Origin: a virus
Lineage: Duplodnaviria > Caudoviricetes
Virus record (IMG/VR): IMGVR_UViG_3300044535_000374
Span: 3,212 to 67,211 of that record
DNA: 64,000 nucleotides
Reading direction: 5' to 3' (one strand)
Positions 19,438 through 27,202 of this stretch are shown here, piece after piece. Position 1 is the stretch's first letter, and every line of letters begins with the position of its first letter. Made by a program: the position numbers and the translations under genes. Under the pieces are notes generated by a model. That model was not told where the DNA came from. It did not search any database and saw only the letters and a program-made list of their open reading frames with translations.

Positions 19438-21462
19438 TTACAATTTAAGCTTAAAGGTTTGAATTGGCAATGTTTTAACCATAGACTCCTGTTTTGTCCT
19501 ATGACCCATCATTCCGAGGAGTGATATCATAAAACTAACTGTACGGTCATATTCCGTACGATTCATGTGGTCGTAAACAAGCATTTCCTCTAAAAGCTCT
19601 TCATAATATAATTTGTGTATGTGACTATTTGTGTACTGGATTGCTAATTCAAGCTGCTGCCCCATTGCGTATGGGTCAGAACTCTTAACTCCCCACTCTT
19701 TATTTTTCTGTCCTTCCTTGCCAGGCTTGATAGCAGAATCTGGAGTTTTGCTTAAGTAGTTTAATAACTTAAGTTCCATCGCAGTCCTTACAATATCGTC
19801 ACTGGCATCCATCTCATATACTATCTTGCAACCATAGTAGATAGCCGCCTTTAACATTTCCTCATCAAACAATGTCTTTAGTCTTGGTCTTCCATAGTAA
19901 TGGGCAACTGGCAATCCTGTGTTTTCTGGGTCTGCGGCATTGAATTTTTTCATCATCCATGCTGAACCCATAGAGCCATACTTTGAGTTTACGATAGAGT
20001 TTCTGAATGGGTCAACTCCCATCACATAGACAGGTGTGTTTCCTGGTACTCTACCCCTATCTCCGTGCTGTGATAAATTGGAAACATCTGGTAGTTCTAT
20101 TACGCTCCACTCTCCGTCTGTAGCATCGCTGAATACAACATCTCCACCTTTTACCCCATCCTTCCATAAGAATCTACCTCTTCTTTTTCTGACAGGCTCT
20201 ACTGCAAGTATATTCAACTGCTCGTATATCATCTCGCTATCAAAATAACATTTCTTGGCATCAATCTTAAATGCCTCCTCTACTGAGAATGGGTTCATTC
20301 TAACCTCTTCAGATAAGGCAGTAGGGTCTTTGATAAGTGTTCTTTGTTGCATCAAAAAGTCCTTTGCTCCAACCTCTATATCAATACCAAACTTTTCTTT
20401 AATGTATTGCTGTTGTTCTTTCGTGGGCTTATCAATAATAGACATCCCATACTCATCTATAAAACCTTCATACCCATCGTATGCTGGGCAGAAGTATTGG
20501 TACAATCCTGTAGCCGTAAACTTGCTTGTTTCGCTAGCATAGCTACCATCAAATAATTCTTTAAACTCATTACCTCCATTATCAGAGTCATTCACAGTAG
20601 ATGGTATAACAGCAAAACCTACTTTAATCATACCCTTCGTTAGGGTCTTTCTTACAATAGGCCAGTACTTGTTAATAGGCACATCCTTTGGCCACTTGCC
20701 ACCCTCGTCAATAAGTATTGCTGTAACACGACCAGAGTCATATGAGTTTAGTGCAGTGCTTCTGTAATCAATCACAGACTCTAATCCCATGTCATCATCA
20801 AATACTTGACCCTTAGTTCTTGTATTACTTTTTGTTTTTCTTTTTGGAGGAGAGAATACTAAACTTGTTTTAGATGTCTCATCTTCCACAGATGGCTTTA
20901 AGAATACTGGTAGGTTCTTGTATCCCCACACAACCATTTTCTGGAACACATCTCTAGCATCTGGATTACCTGTCTTACTTACTATTCCGCAGTTAGACTT
21001 AGGCTTCATAATCGCTTTGTAAACAAGCGCACATGCCTCTTGTGATGTGGCTCCCTCACGACGCTTCTTAATACGTATTACTCCAAAGCAGTATGGTAAT
21101 GACTCGCAATGTTCTCTGTAAATAAACCATCTTCTATCCGCATCTCTATAATCTGGCCTAGAGCCATCCTCTAGTGTCCAATAGTTTAAATAGAAGTAGT
21201 GGATACCTGTGATATAGGTTGGAACCCCATTGTTATAAAACCAATATCCATGCTTCATCTTTTCATACTCATCTGTGATGTATTGCACTTGCTCTTCGCT
21301 ATACAGCGCAACTCCGTCTTCAGCAAATTCAATTGAGTAAAAGCTGTCTGGGAATTCAATCCTTTCAAACTTTTGGTCTCGTTTGTATTCTGAGCGCTTG
21401 TGAACTTTAAATCGTTCAGGTAGCTTAATCTTGATTCCGTATATTTCTACTGTCTCAACCAT
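19438..21462 (-). CDS. terL: Terminase large subunit
   Basis: YITGIHYFYL, KKRREGAT (Walker A-like), ILIDEGGKW (Walker B), GVDP nuclease motif. Confidence 0.92.
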   Translation of the reverse strand: MVETVEIYGIKIKLPERFKVHKRSEYKRDQKFERIEFPDSFYSIEFAEDGVALYSEEQVQYITDEYEKMKHGYWFYNNGVPTYITGIHYFYLNYWTLEDGSRPDYRDADRRWFIYREHCESLPYCFGVIRIKKRREGATSQEACALVYKAIMKPKSNCGIVSKTGNPDARDVFQKMVVWGYKNLPVFLKPSVEDETSKTSLVFSPPKRKTKSNTRTKGQVFDDDMGLESVIDYRSTALNSYDSGRVTAILIDEGGKWPKDVPINKYWPIVRKTLTKGMIKVGFAVIPSTVNDSDNGGNEFKELFDGSYASETSKFTATGLYQYFCPAYDGYEGFIDEYGMSIIDKPTKEQQQYIKEKFGIDIEVGAKDFLMQQRTLIKDPTALSEEVRMNPFSVEEAFKIDAKKCYFDSEMIYEQLNILAVEPVRKRRGRFLWKDGVKGGDVVFSDATDGEWSVIELPDVSNLSQHGDRGRVPGNTPVYVMGVDPFRNSIVNSKYGSMGSAWMMKKFNAADPENTGLPVAHYYGRPRLKTLFDEEMLKAAIYYGCKIVYEMDASDDIVRTAMELKLLNYLSKTPDSAIKPGKEGQKNKEWGVKSSDPYAMGQQLELAIQYTNSHIHKLYYEELLEEMLVYDHMNRTEYDRTVSFMISLLGMMGHRTKQESMVKTLPIQTFKLKL

Positions 21463-22054
21463 TCATTCGTTTTTCTATGTACTTGTTAATTCTTGCAATC
21501 ATATCCTTGCCAGATGCTGATATGTAATAGTAGTACCTTTTATTATCCCACTTATTACATAGCCCTCTTTTATTCAGTGTAGTATTATACTTAACAAAGT
21601 TTATTGGAGAGTCTGGGAAGTTGATGTTAAACTCTTTCTTAGAATAGTATTCATATCTCCCTGCCCATAAAAGTACTACAATTGTAGCTGGTGACTCGCC
21701 AAACACTTCTGACAGCTCAAGTATAGACATGTGGTACTTGCTAATATCAATCAGAGACTTTTCTTTGTTTACAATATTATTTGTAGCCTCTTCATACGCC
21801 TCATTCTTAGCTTGTGTCTTTATCTTGCTTGTTTTTAGCTTTTGCCCATAAAGTCTTTTCTCTAGTATAAATATGATTCCACTTTGCTTTCTTATCTTAT
21901 CGTTCTTCCTAACAACTCTTCTCTCTAATACATCTATATTTCTTTTACGCTTTGCCTCAAGTGCATATAGCTGTTTCTTTAAATCTCTTACAATCTCTAT
22001 TAATTCAGTTCTAGTTAGTTGTATAAGACTAAGCATTCCTTGTAAGTGTTTCAA
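21455..22054 (-). CDS. Hypothetical protein (coiled coil plus possible winged helix)
   Basis: 199 aa ORF overlapping its neighbours; C-terminal YYISASGK resembles a wing. Confidence 0.5.
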   Translation of the reverse strand: MKHLQGMLSLIQLTRTELIEIVRDLKKQLYALEAKRKRNIDVLERRVVRKNDKIRKQSGIIFILEKRLYGQKLKTSKIKTQAKNEAYEEATNNIVNKEKSLIDISKYHMSILELSEVFGESPATIVVLLWAGRYEYYSKKEFNINFPDSPINFVKYNTTLNKRGLCNKWDNKRYYYYISASGKDMIARINKYIEKRMNG

Positions 22055-22334
22055 TTAATGGTTTTCTAGAAGCATGTGACTTATCCTTAGCTTCATCTCC
22101 AGTAAGTGCAAACTCTGTGCGAAGCCATTTCATATTCTCAGCAATGTACTTACACTCTACCATGGCTTTCATAAGCCTGTCAAATGACTTGTCTTCTTTA
22201 TCTGAGAAGTTGATGTCAGCTCCGTCAATAGCTTTAGTAAGCTCATTGAGTTTCTTGTTTAATGCGTAGTACATGCCTACGATACCATCTTGTCTGTAGA
22301 GACTAAGCTCTTCTTCTAAATTATATTTGCTCAT
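22029..22334 (-). CDS. Hypothetical helical protein, terminase small subunit candidate
   Basis: 101 aa, close upstream of terL; call is positional only. Confidence 0.4.
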   Translation of the reverse strand: MSKYNLEEELSLYRQDGIVGMYYALNKKLNELTKAIDGADINFSDKEDKSFDRLMKAMVECKYIAENMKWLRTEFALTGDEAKDKSHASRKPLIETLTRNA

Positions 22335-22893
22335 TGTGTAATGCTAATATGTCTTCTTCTTTTAATCTAATTGCGGTTCCGTGTACTCCATCAACAGCAT
22401 AAGGTATTGCGTAGTCGCTGTATCTATATGCAACTACCCTTTGCCCAGCTTTGAACTTATCACAACCCTTGGGGGTCTTGACAATCTCAAAGATGTTGTC
22501 ATAAACCTCTGTGGGCACGTTATCTGGTATATGCATAAACTTTGACTCAATTCTTGGCTTGTTGATTCTTTTGATGAGATAGTGATTATCAAAGGGTATC
22601 GGTTCTCCATTGTCCATGTAGAAGTATATGAAAGGCCCATCTATTAAAAATATTTTATCGTCTATCTCATTGTCTTGAGTAGTAGCACGATGGTTAAAAA
22701 TAACTTCGGTACCTTTTGGTACGCCCTGAAAGCTTTCTAATAAAATTCCATTTGTAGACTCTTTGACTTTACTATCCCAAGAAAAGTCAGTAGCTAGGTG
22801 TAATTCAATATCCCCAAAAGGTGTGCTTATTTTTTTCTTAGCCTTTGCTTCTGGGTCTACCAACACCAATGCCTTGCCGTGTAGTATGTTCAT
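22321..22893 (-). CDS. GroES-like fold protein
   Basis: Likely start MNILHG at 22893; duplicated KGTEVIF / KAGQRVV strands; similar genes occur near terL in crAss-like phages. Confidence 0.5.
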   Translation of the reverse strand: MNILHGKALVLVDPEAKAKKKISTPFGDIELHLATDFSWDSKVKESTNGILLESFQGVPKGTEVIFNHRATTQDNEIDDKIFLIDGPFIYFYMDNGEPIPFDNHYLIKRINKPRIESKFMHIPDNVPTEVYDNIFEIVKTPKGCDKFKAGQRVVAYRYSDYAIPYAVDGVHGTAIRLKEEDILALHNEQI

Positions 22894-22911
22894 TATCCCT
22901 TTGTTTAAAAG

Positions 22912-22919
22912 CAAAGTTA
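22912..22919 (-). promoter_or_regulatory. -7 promoter element TAACTTTG
   Basis: 18 nt upstream of ATG 22893. Confidence 0.6.
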
Positions 22920-22926
22920 GCGAACT

Positions 22927-23361
22927 TTATCCTAAGTTGTGCATGAAGTATAACATTTGTCTGCCACCATATGCGTACTCTGGGCCGTATAACTTAAACC
23001 CACATGATATTAGATTGTTTACACTATTGTAGTTATCTGGTGTAGTATATGTGATTACAATTCTAGATATCTCTCTAGCTCTCTTAAGTCTTAGTCGTAT
23101 CATCCTCTTCTGCATACCCCTGCCTCTTAACTTAGGTGATACCCATGCTCTGTTGAATATACAGATGCCTTCTGTATATATAGAACCACAGTATGCAATA
23201 ATCTCATTTTTATTGTTTACAGACACCCACCATTCCCTATTTTCATGGAATTCATTACCACATCCTTTAAAGCTAGGCGTAGTCTTATCTAGCACCTGCA
23301 AGGAGTCGTAGAGGCCTTTGTAAATTACTTTACCGAAACTAAAAATCTTAAATAGGTGCAT
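22927..23361 (-). CDS. GNAT family acetyltransferase
   Basis: Acetyl-CoA motif A (RAWVSPKLRGRGM) and N..S...L...GF motif B. Confidence 0.85.
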   Translation of the reverse strand: MHLFKIFSFGKVIYKGLYDSLQVLDKTTPSFKGCGNEFHENREWWVSVNNKNEIIAYCGSIYTEGICIFNRAWVSPKLRGRGMQKRMIRLRLKRAREISRIVITYTTPDNYNSVNNLISCGFKLYGPEYAYGGRQMLYFMHNLG

Positions 23362-23365
23362 GGCG

Positions 23366-23373
23366 CAAAGCTA
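23366..23373 (-). promoter_or_regulatory. -7 promoter element TAGCTTTG (probably leaderless transcript)
   Basis: Only 4 nt before ATG 23361. Confidence 0.55.
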
Positions 23374-23421
23374 CAAAATTGCATGAATTTCATTTCACTA
23401 GGAAATTGCAAGAATGCAATT

Positions 23422-23450
23422 AAAAAACCCCTCCTTTGCGGTGGAGGGGC
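23422..23450 (-). terminator. Rho-independent terminator
   Basis: GCCCCTCC...GGAGGGGT followed by T-run. Confidence 0.75.
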
Positions 23451-23483
23451 CTAACCAAAAATCAATATGAAAACCAGAAAAAT

Positions 23484-23792
23484 CTACCATAGAACTCTCC
23501 TAGCCCAATAGTTGGCGGAGAATATATCATTTCTTGTCAAGGCACCTGACTTGTTTCTAATACCACCAGAACGAGCTAAGTAGTTTCTTCTTCTTTTTTC
23601 GTTCTTGTGCTTAGTAAAATCGCTCATGCCTCTATATCCAAATCCAATCTTTTTAACCTTGTTGCCTTTTCTAGCAAGTACCACCTTTTTCTTTGGGCTA
23701 CCAGCAGGCGCATTCTTTGGCTTATTAAAGCCAGGGAATCTCTCCCCTCTATACATGATTCCTCCATTAACTCTTGTTACGCCTGGTATCAT
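23484..23792 (-). CDS. Basic protein, DUF5754-like
   Basis: KKIGFG..GMSDFTKHK.EKRR.NY..R and SANYWARRVLW motifs. Confidence 0.6.
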   Translation of the reverse strand: MIPGVTRVNGGIMYRGERFPGFNKPKNAPAGSPKKKVVLARKGNKVKKIGFGYRGMSDFTKHKNEKRRRNYLARSGGIRNKSGALTRNDIFSANYWARRVLW

Positions 23793-23793
23793 G

Positions 23794-23937
23794 CTATTTC
23801 CATTTACCTGTTTTCAACTTACTATAATCAGCCTTACTAACAGTAGACTTGGACTTAGGCTTTGATGTACCTGCCTTTTTCTTAGCGTTAATGTTATTAA
23901 CCAAACTATTTTTTACTCCTAGCTTGTTTACTTTCAT
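23794..23937 (-). CDS. Small basic protein (47 aa, not in the ORF track)
   Basis: MKVNKLGVKNSLVNNINAKKKAGTSKPKSKSTVSKADYSKLKTGKWK; fills the gap exactly. Confidence 0.6.
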   Translation of the reverse strand: MKVNKLGVKNSLVNNINAKKKAGTSKPKSKSTVSKADYSKLKTGKWK

Positions 23938-24121
23938 TCTTTTGTTTTTTAATATTAGGCTTAACCTTTTCTACCTTTTTAGCTTTAGGCTTCTTTACTG
24001 GTTTGAATTCAGTCCATTCACCTTTCTCCTCAATAGGAGCTGGTTCTTCAATCTTAACCTCTTCCTTGGCCTTTATAATCTTTAGGCTTAGGAGAATGTT
24101 TGTTATAAGTTTTTTTAGCAT
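23906..24121 (-). CDS. Small K/E/P-rich protein
   Basis: ATG 24121 (MLKKLITNILLSLKII...); overlaps both neighbours. Confidence 0.45.
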   Translation of the reverse strand: MLKKLITNILLSLKIIKAKEEVKIEEPAPIEEKGEWTEFKPVKKPKAKKVEKVKPNIKKQKNESKQARSKK

Positions 24122-24182
24122 AACCTGTTTTTCGTTTACCAAATGTTATTTTCTGAGATGTTGTTCCTTTTACCTTTGCCAT
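24054..24182 (-). CDS. Small basic peptide ending YKGQGRG (42 aa, not in the ORF track)
   Basis: MAKVKGTTSQKITFGKRKTGYAKKTYNKHSPKPKDYKGQGRG; Y(R/K)GQG termini are common in small phage proteins. Confidence 0.6.
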   Translation of the reverse strand: MAKVKGTTSQKITFGKRKTGYAKKTYNKHSPKPKDYKGQGRG

Positions 24183-24184
24183 TT

Positions 24185-24547
24185 CTATTTATTCATAAAT
24201 TTTTTCATTTCAGCCATCTTTCTCTCACCTCTTCTTGGAGATATTTCCTTGTCTACCTCTTTATACTTTACACCAAGTAATGGCTTGAAGTTCTTTTTCA
24301 TTGAGTACTCTGGCCCATCTTCAGTTTCAATCTTAGTAAATGTTTTAACCTTTTGCTCACCATTCTTTTCTTTTGTTTTAGAATAGTAAGATGCATCTAA
24401 ATCTTCATCCTCTACAGCTTCTGTTAGTGTGCTAGTTGTTTTCTTGCCATCAACAGTTTTTTCATCCATCTCAGTTTTTGACTTACTCATTCCAGCAGAC
24501 TTCTTTGAATCTATTGCCTCTTTGATTTTTTTTAAATTTACTGCCAT
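24185..24547 (-). CDS. Hypothetical charged protein
   Basis: 120 aa ORF with an upstream promoter at 24576. Confidence 0.55.
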   Translation of the reverse strand: MAVNLKKIKEAIDSKKSAGMSKSKTEMDEKTVDGKKTTSTLTEAVEDEDLDASYYSKTKEKNGEQKVKTFTKIETEDGPEYSMKKNFKPLLGVKYKEVDKEISPRRGERKMAEMKKFMNK

Positions 24548-24575
24548 GCTAATACTTATTTATGATTGTATTATA

Positions 24576-24583
24576 CAAAAATA
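24576..24583 (-). promoter_or_regulatory. -7 promoter element TATTTTTG
   Basis: Intergenic, upstream of ATG 24547. Confidence 0.45.
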
Positions 24584-24589
24584 ATGAAT

Positions 24590-25048
24590 TTATAATAGCC
24601 TCAGTCTATTCCCATTAAAATAAACATTTGGGTTCACCCAAAACTCTATAGTAGAGCCTAGCTTACGTGCTAATATCTTCTCAGCTACCAGCTCTGTGAT
24701 TGCTGTTTTTATCGTAGACTCAGACTTGATTCCGCAGTGTTCCATTAAGTCAGGTGGGTTAAGTATAGTCACCTTAGCTAATGGCCTTATGTGACACATA
24801 GAGTAAAGTACAATCTTTAGAGATGCTGGGCTAAGGTTCATGAATGCCTTAAAGCTGTCTTGGAATAACTTAGTGTAAGTCATTGAGTCGTGTAGCTGCA
24901 TCTTATTCTTAGGTATCCTCCTGACTGCGTACAGGTCATCCCCATCTGTTAGTTGTAATATCTCCTCACTTTCTTTTGTTACGAAATGGCGTTCTTCTAG
25001 ACCTAGCACCTTAAATGGTGAGTCTAGGTAGGCTTCATGGTTTCTCAT
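24590..25048 (-). CDS. RepL-like winged-HTH protein
   Basis: YTKLF, HTH segment STIKTAITELV, C-terminal FWVNPNVYFNGNR typical of RepL-like proteins. Confidence 0.65.
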   Translation of the reverse strand: MRNHEAYLDSPFKVLGLEERHFVTKESEEILQLTDGDDLYAVRRIPKNKMQLHDSMTYTKLFQDSFKAFMNLSPASLKIVLYSMCHIRPLAKVTILNPPDLMEHCGIKSESTIKTAITELVAEKILARKLGSTIEFWVNPNVYFNGNRLRLL

Positions 25049-25050
25049 AC

Positions 25051-25509
25051 TTATATTTTAAAAAAATTAATATACTTCTTGTCTACGTAATAGAATAGTA
25101 AATCTTTTTGCTTTACCCTATCAAAGGTTCTCCTAAGCTCCCATTTGTCAAATGTTTCATTTCTTATTGATATGTAGTGTGTCTTATCTTTATTTAGTAT
25201 TATATGCACATCTGGTTTAACTATTTTTGATTGATAGCCAGGGTATGAGTTTACTATTACATCCTTATAAGGCCATGTTGTAGTAAATGGTGTATTTATA
25301 TTCTTTATTTCTAGTTTAATCTCTTCCCCATCCTTTCTTAAGAACATATCTCCTTGGTCTGCATATTCTGAAAATGCCCCCACATTATATGGAGCTATAA
25401 CTAGTTCAGGTATATCTACCTCATACCCTTTGCTTTTAAAAAAATCCCCCATAAAAACCACTGCTTCCTGAGACTTTAATAAAGCTTTTTTGAAATTATA
25501 TTCTTCCAT
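25051..25509 (-). CDS. Putative PD-(D/E)XK nuclease-fold protein
   Basis: Likely start MEEYNF at 25509; E...DQGD...LEIK motif; promoter TAGATTTG at 25533-25540. Confidence 0.5.
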   Translation of the reverse strand: MEEYNFKKALLKSQEAVVFMGDFFKSKGYEVDIPELVIAPYNVGAFSEYADQGDMFLRKDGEEIKLEIKNINTPFTTTWPYKDVIVNSYPGYQSKIVKPDVHIILNKDKTHYISIRNETFDKWELRRTFDRVKQKDLLFYYVDKKYINFFKI

Positions 25510-25563
25510 ATATTTGTGCTTAGATTGAGTAACAAATCTAGTTATTATACCCTCATAAAACAA

Positions 25564-26570
25564 ATTTTCCTTTTTATTTTTAAAAAAATTGAGAAACAGT
25601 TATTGATTGTCAAAGAGTTATGAGGTTTCCTTCTTATATATATTACATAGTATTTCTCATAGTATAGCAATAGCTTTACTTAAGTCCAGTTTAGTAAAGT
25701 AATAACTGGACATTCGTATATCAATTCGTATAATTACGAATATATACGTATCGTAGTATTACGATTTACACGTGCAAAAGTGCAGTGTTGGGCGGCCCGC
25801 CCTATTAGGGGGCGGCCGACCCTGGCCCAGCAACTTGCAGTTCTGCAGACTGGGTGGGTCAATCTATGCCTTTGCAATCTGCACACACATTTGCCCATTC
25901 TAGCCTATTAAGAATAACCCCATCAATCTGATAGCGTAGGGTTCCAGTATTAATGACAGGCCATGCCTAACCTGTGGGAAACTGCTTTGCCTGAGTGGGT
26001 AGGTCAATCCTAATGTAGGTTAGTAACCTAATTCATTATCAATCAATGTGTTATAGTGTTATCAGATGCCTATGTAAGCCTGTATGCGTAACATTACCCT
26101 TTCCCCATGTGTATCTGTGTGCTATGATTCTGTCATGCTTACCTATCTCCTGTGTATTTTGTCCCTGTGTAATAATCCGAAATGACCTTTGCCTGTCTTC
26201 CTGTGTCTCACCTGTATGTGACTAAGTTCTTAGTTATAACTATTCTCTCCTGTGTTTTCTCCTGTATGCATTGTGTCCTGTTTCTTTCTATTGTCTGTTA
26301 ACAATCACATACTATATATGTCCCTGATTTTGTCCTGTGTTTTTCTTCCGCAAATATTTCCGCAATCGTTTGCAATTATCCCTGTTTGCTGTCCTGATAA
26401 CTTTTTTTTAAATTTTTTTTCTGTTGCATCTGATTGATTCCCATTGTGTTATCTGTGTCTAAAAAAATATCCTGAAAATATTTGGGTGCAATTGATGTTT
26501 GTATACATACATATCATATCATTGTGGTGCCATAGTGCAACAAATCAATCAAAAACTAACAATCATTAGT
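25564..26570. other. Non-coding divergence region between late (-) and early (+) arms; candidate genome terminus or packaging region
   Basis: About 1 kb without a convincing ORF; contains palindromes, a GC-rich hairpin at 25790-25822 and a CCTGT array. Confidence 0.6.
26079..26396 (+). repeat. Array of CCTGT/CCTGA pentamers
   Basis: CCTGT at 26079, 26149, 26164, 26192, 26200, 26211, 26249, 26261, 26277, 26334, 26381; CCTGA at 26323 and 26393. Confidence 0.8.
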
Positions 26571-26978
26571 ATGAAAAACAAATCAAAATTAATCGCAGGT
26601 TTATCATTCACAAAGATATCAGGTAGTGTACCTGCATACGAAAGTGAGCAAACAGATTATTCTATTTGGCAACAGGCATCACATTCCACACATGGATACA
26701 CATTGTGGATGGTATCAGCTAATCAAGATGCTAGTGCAGAATTTTGGGGAACATTCAATGAATGTGTCAAGTATCTAGATAGCAAATTATCAGCAGATGC
26801 GCCTAGCTTTAATGTCAATGATTCTGTATCATTCACAGATGATTACACACATGAATTTGATGTATTCACTATCCAATCTATACAGGAGAATGGCACAATA
26901 AAATTGCAGGAGATTCTAGGTACATTTTTTCCTAAGCAATTCACATTAGTACACAATTTTATCAATCATAAATCTTAA
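26571..26978 (+). CDS. First early gene, hypothetical
   Basis: Likely start MKNKSK at 26571 after an A-rich leader. Confidence 0.6.
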   Translation: MKNKSKLIAGLSFTKISGSVPAYESEQTDYSIWQQASHSTHGYTLWMVSANQDASAEFWGTFNECVKYLDSKLSADAPSFNVNDSVSFTDDYTHEFDVFTIQSIQENGTIKLQEILGTFFPKQFTLVHNFINHKS

Positions 26979-26982
26979 TCAA

Positions 26983-27174
26983 ATGAGAAATTATTACACA
27001 ATCAACATGGTATTATCAGTTCTATTGTCAATCGTGACAATGTTTATTCCTGTATTAGGTTTCATGACAATGGAACCAACAGCTGTCAATCTAGCAATCA
27101 TATGCTTTGTGTTTACGACAGGTGCATTAGGAAGTTACATGTACTATGACAATGCTCAAAAATCAATCAAATAA
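26983..27174 (+). CDS. Small membrane protein (two TM helices)
   Basis: 63 aa with two hydrophobic stretches. Confidence 0.6.
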   Translation: MRNYYTINMVLSVLLSIVTMFIPVLGFMTMEPTAVNLAIICFVFTTGALGSYMYYDNAQKSIK

Positions 27175-27202
27175 TTTAACCAATAACCAAAAATTCACAG
27201 CC

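Noticed and set aside
26252-26437. 61 aa ORF in the divergence region
   Set aside because: GTG start, no leader, and low-complexity C/F/L/S content arising from the CCTGT array
25564-26570. tRNA or integrase attachment site
   Set aside because: No cloverleaf or TTCGA T-loop found, and no integrase gene in the window
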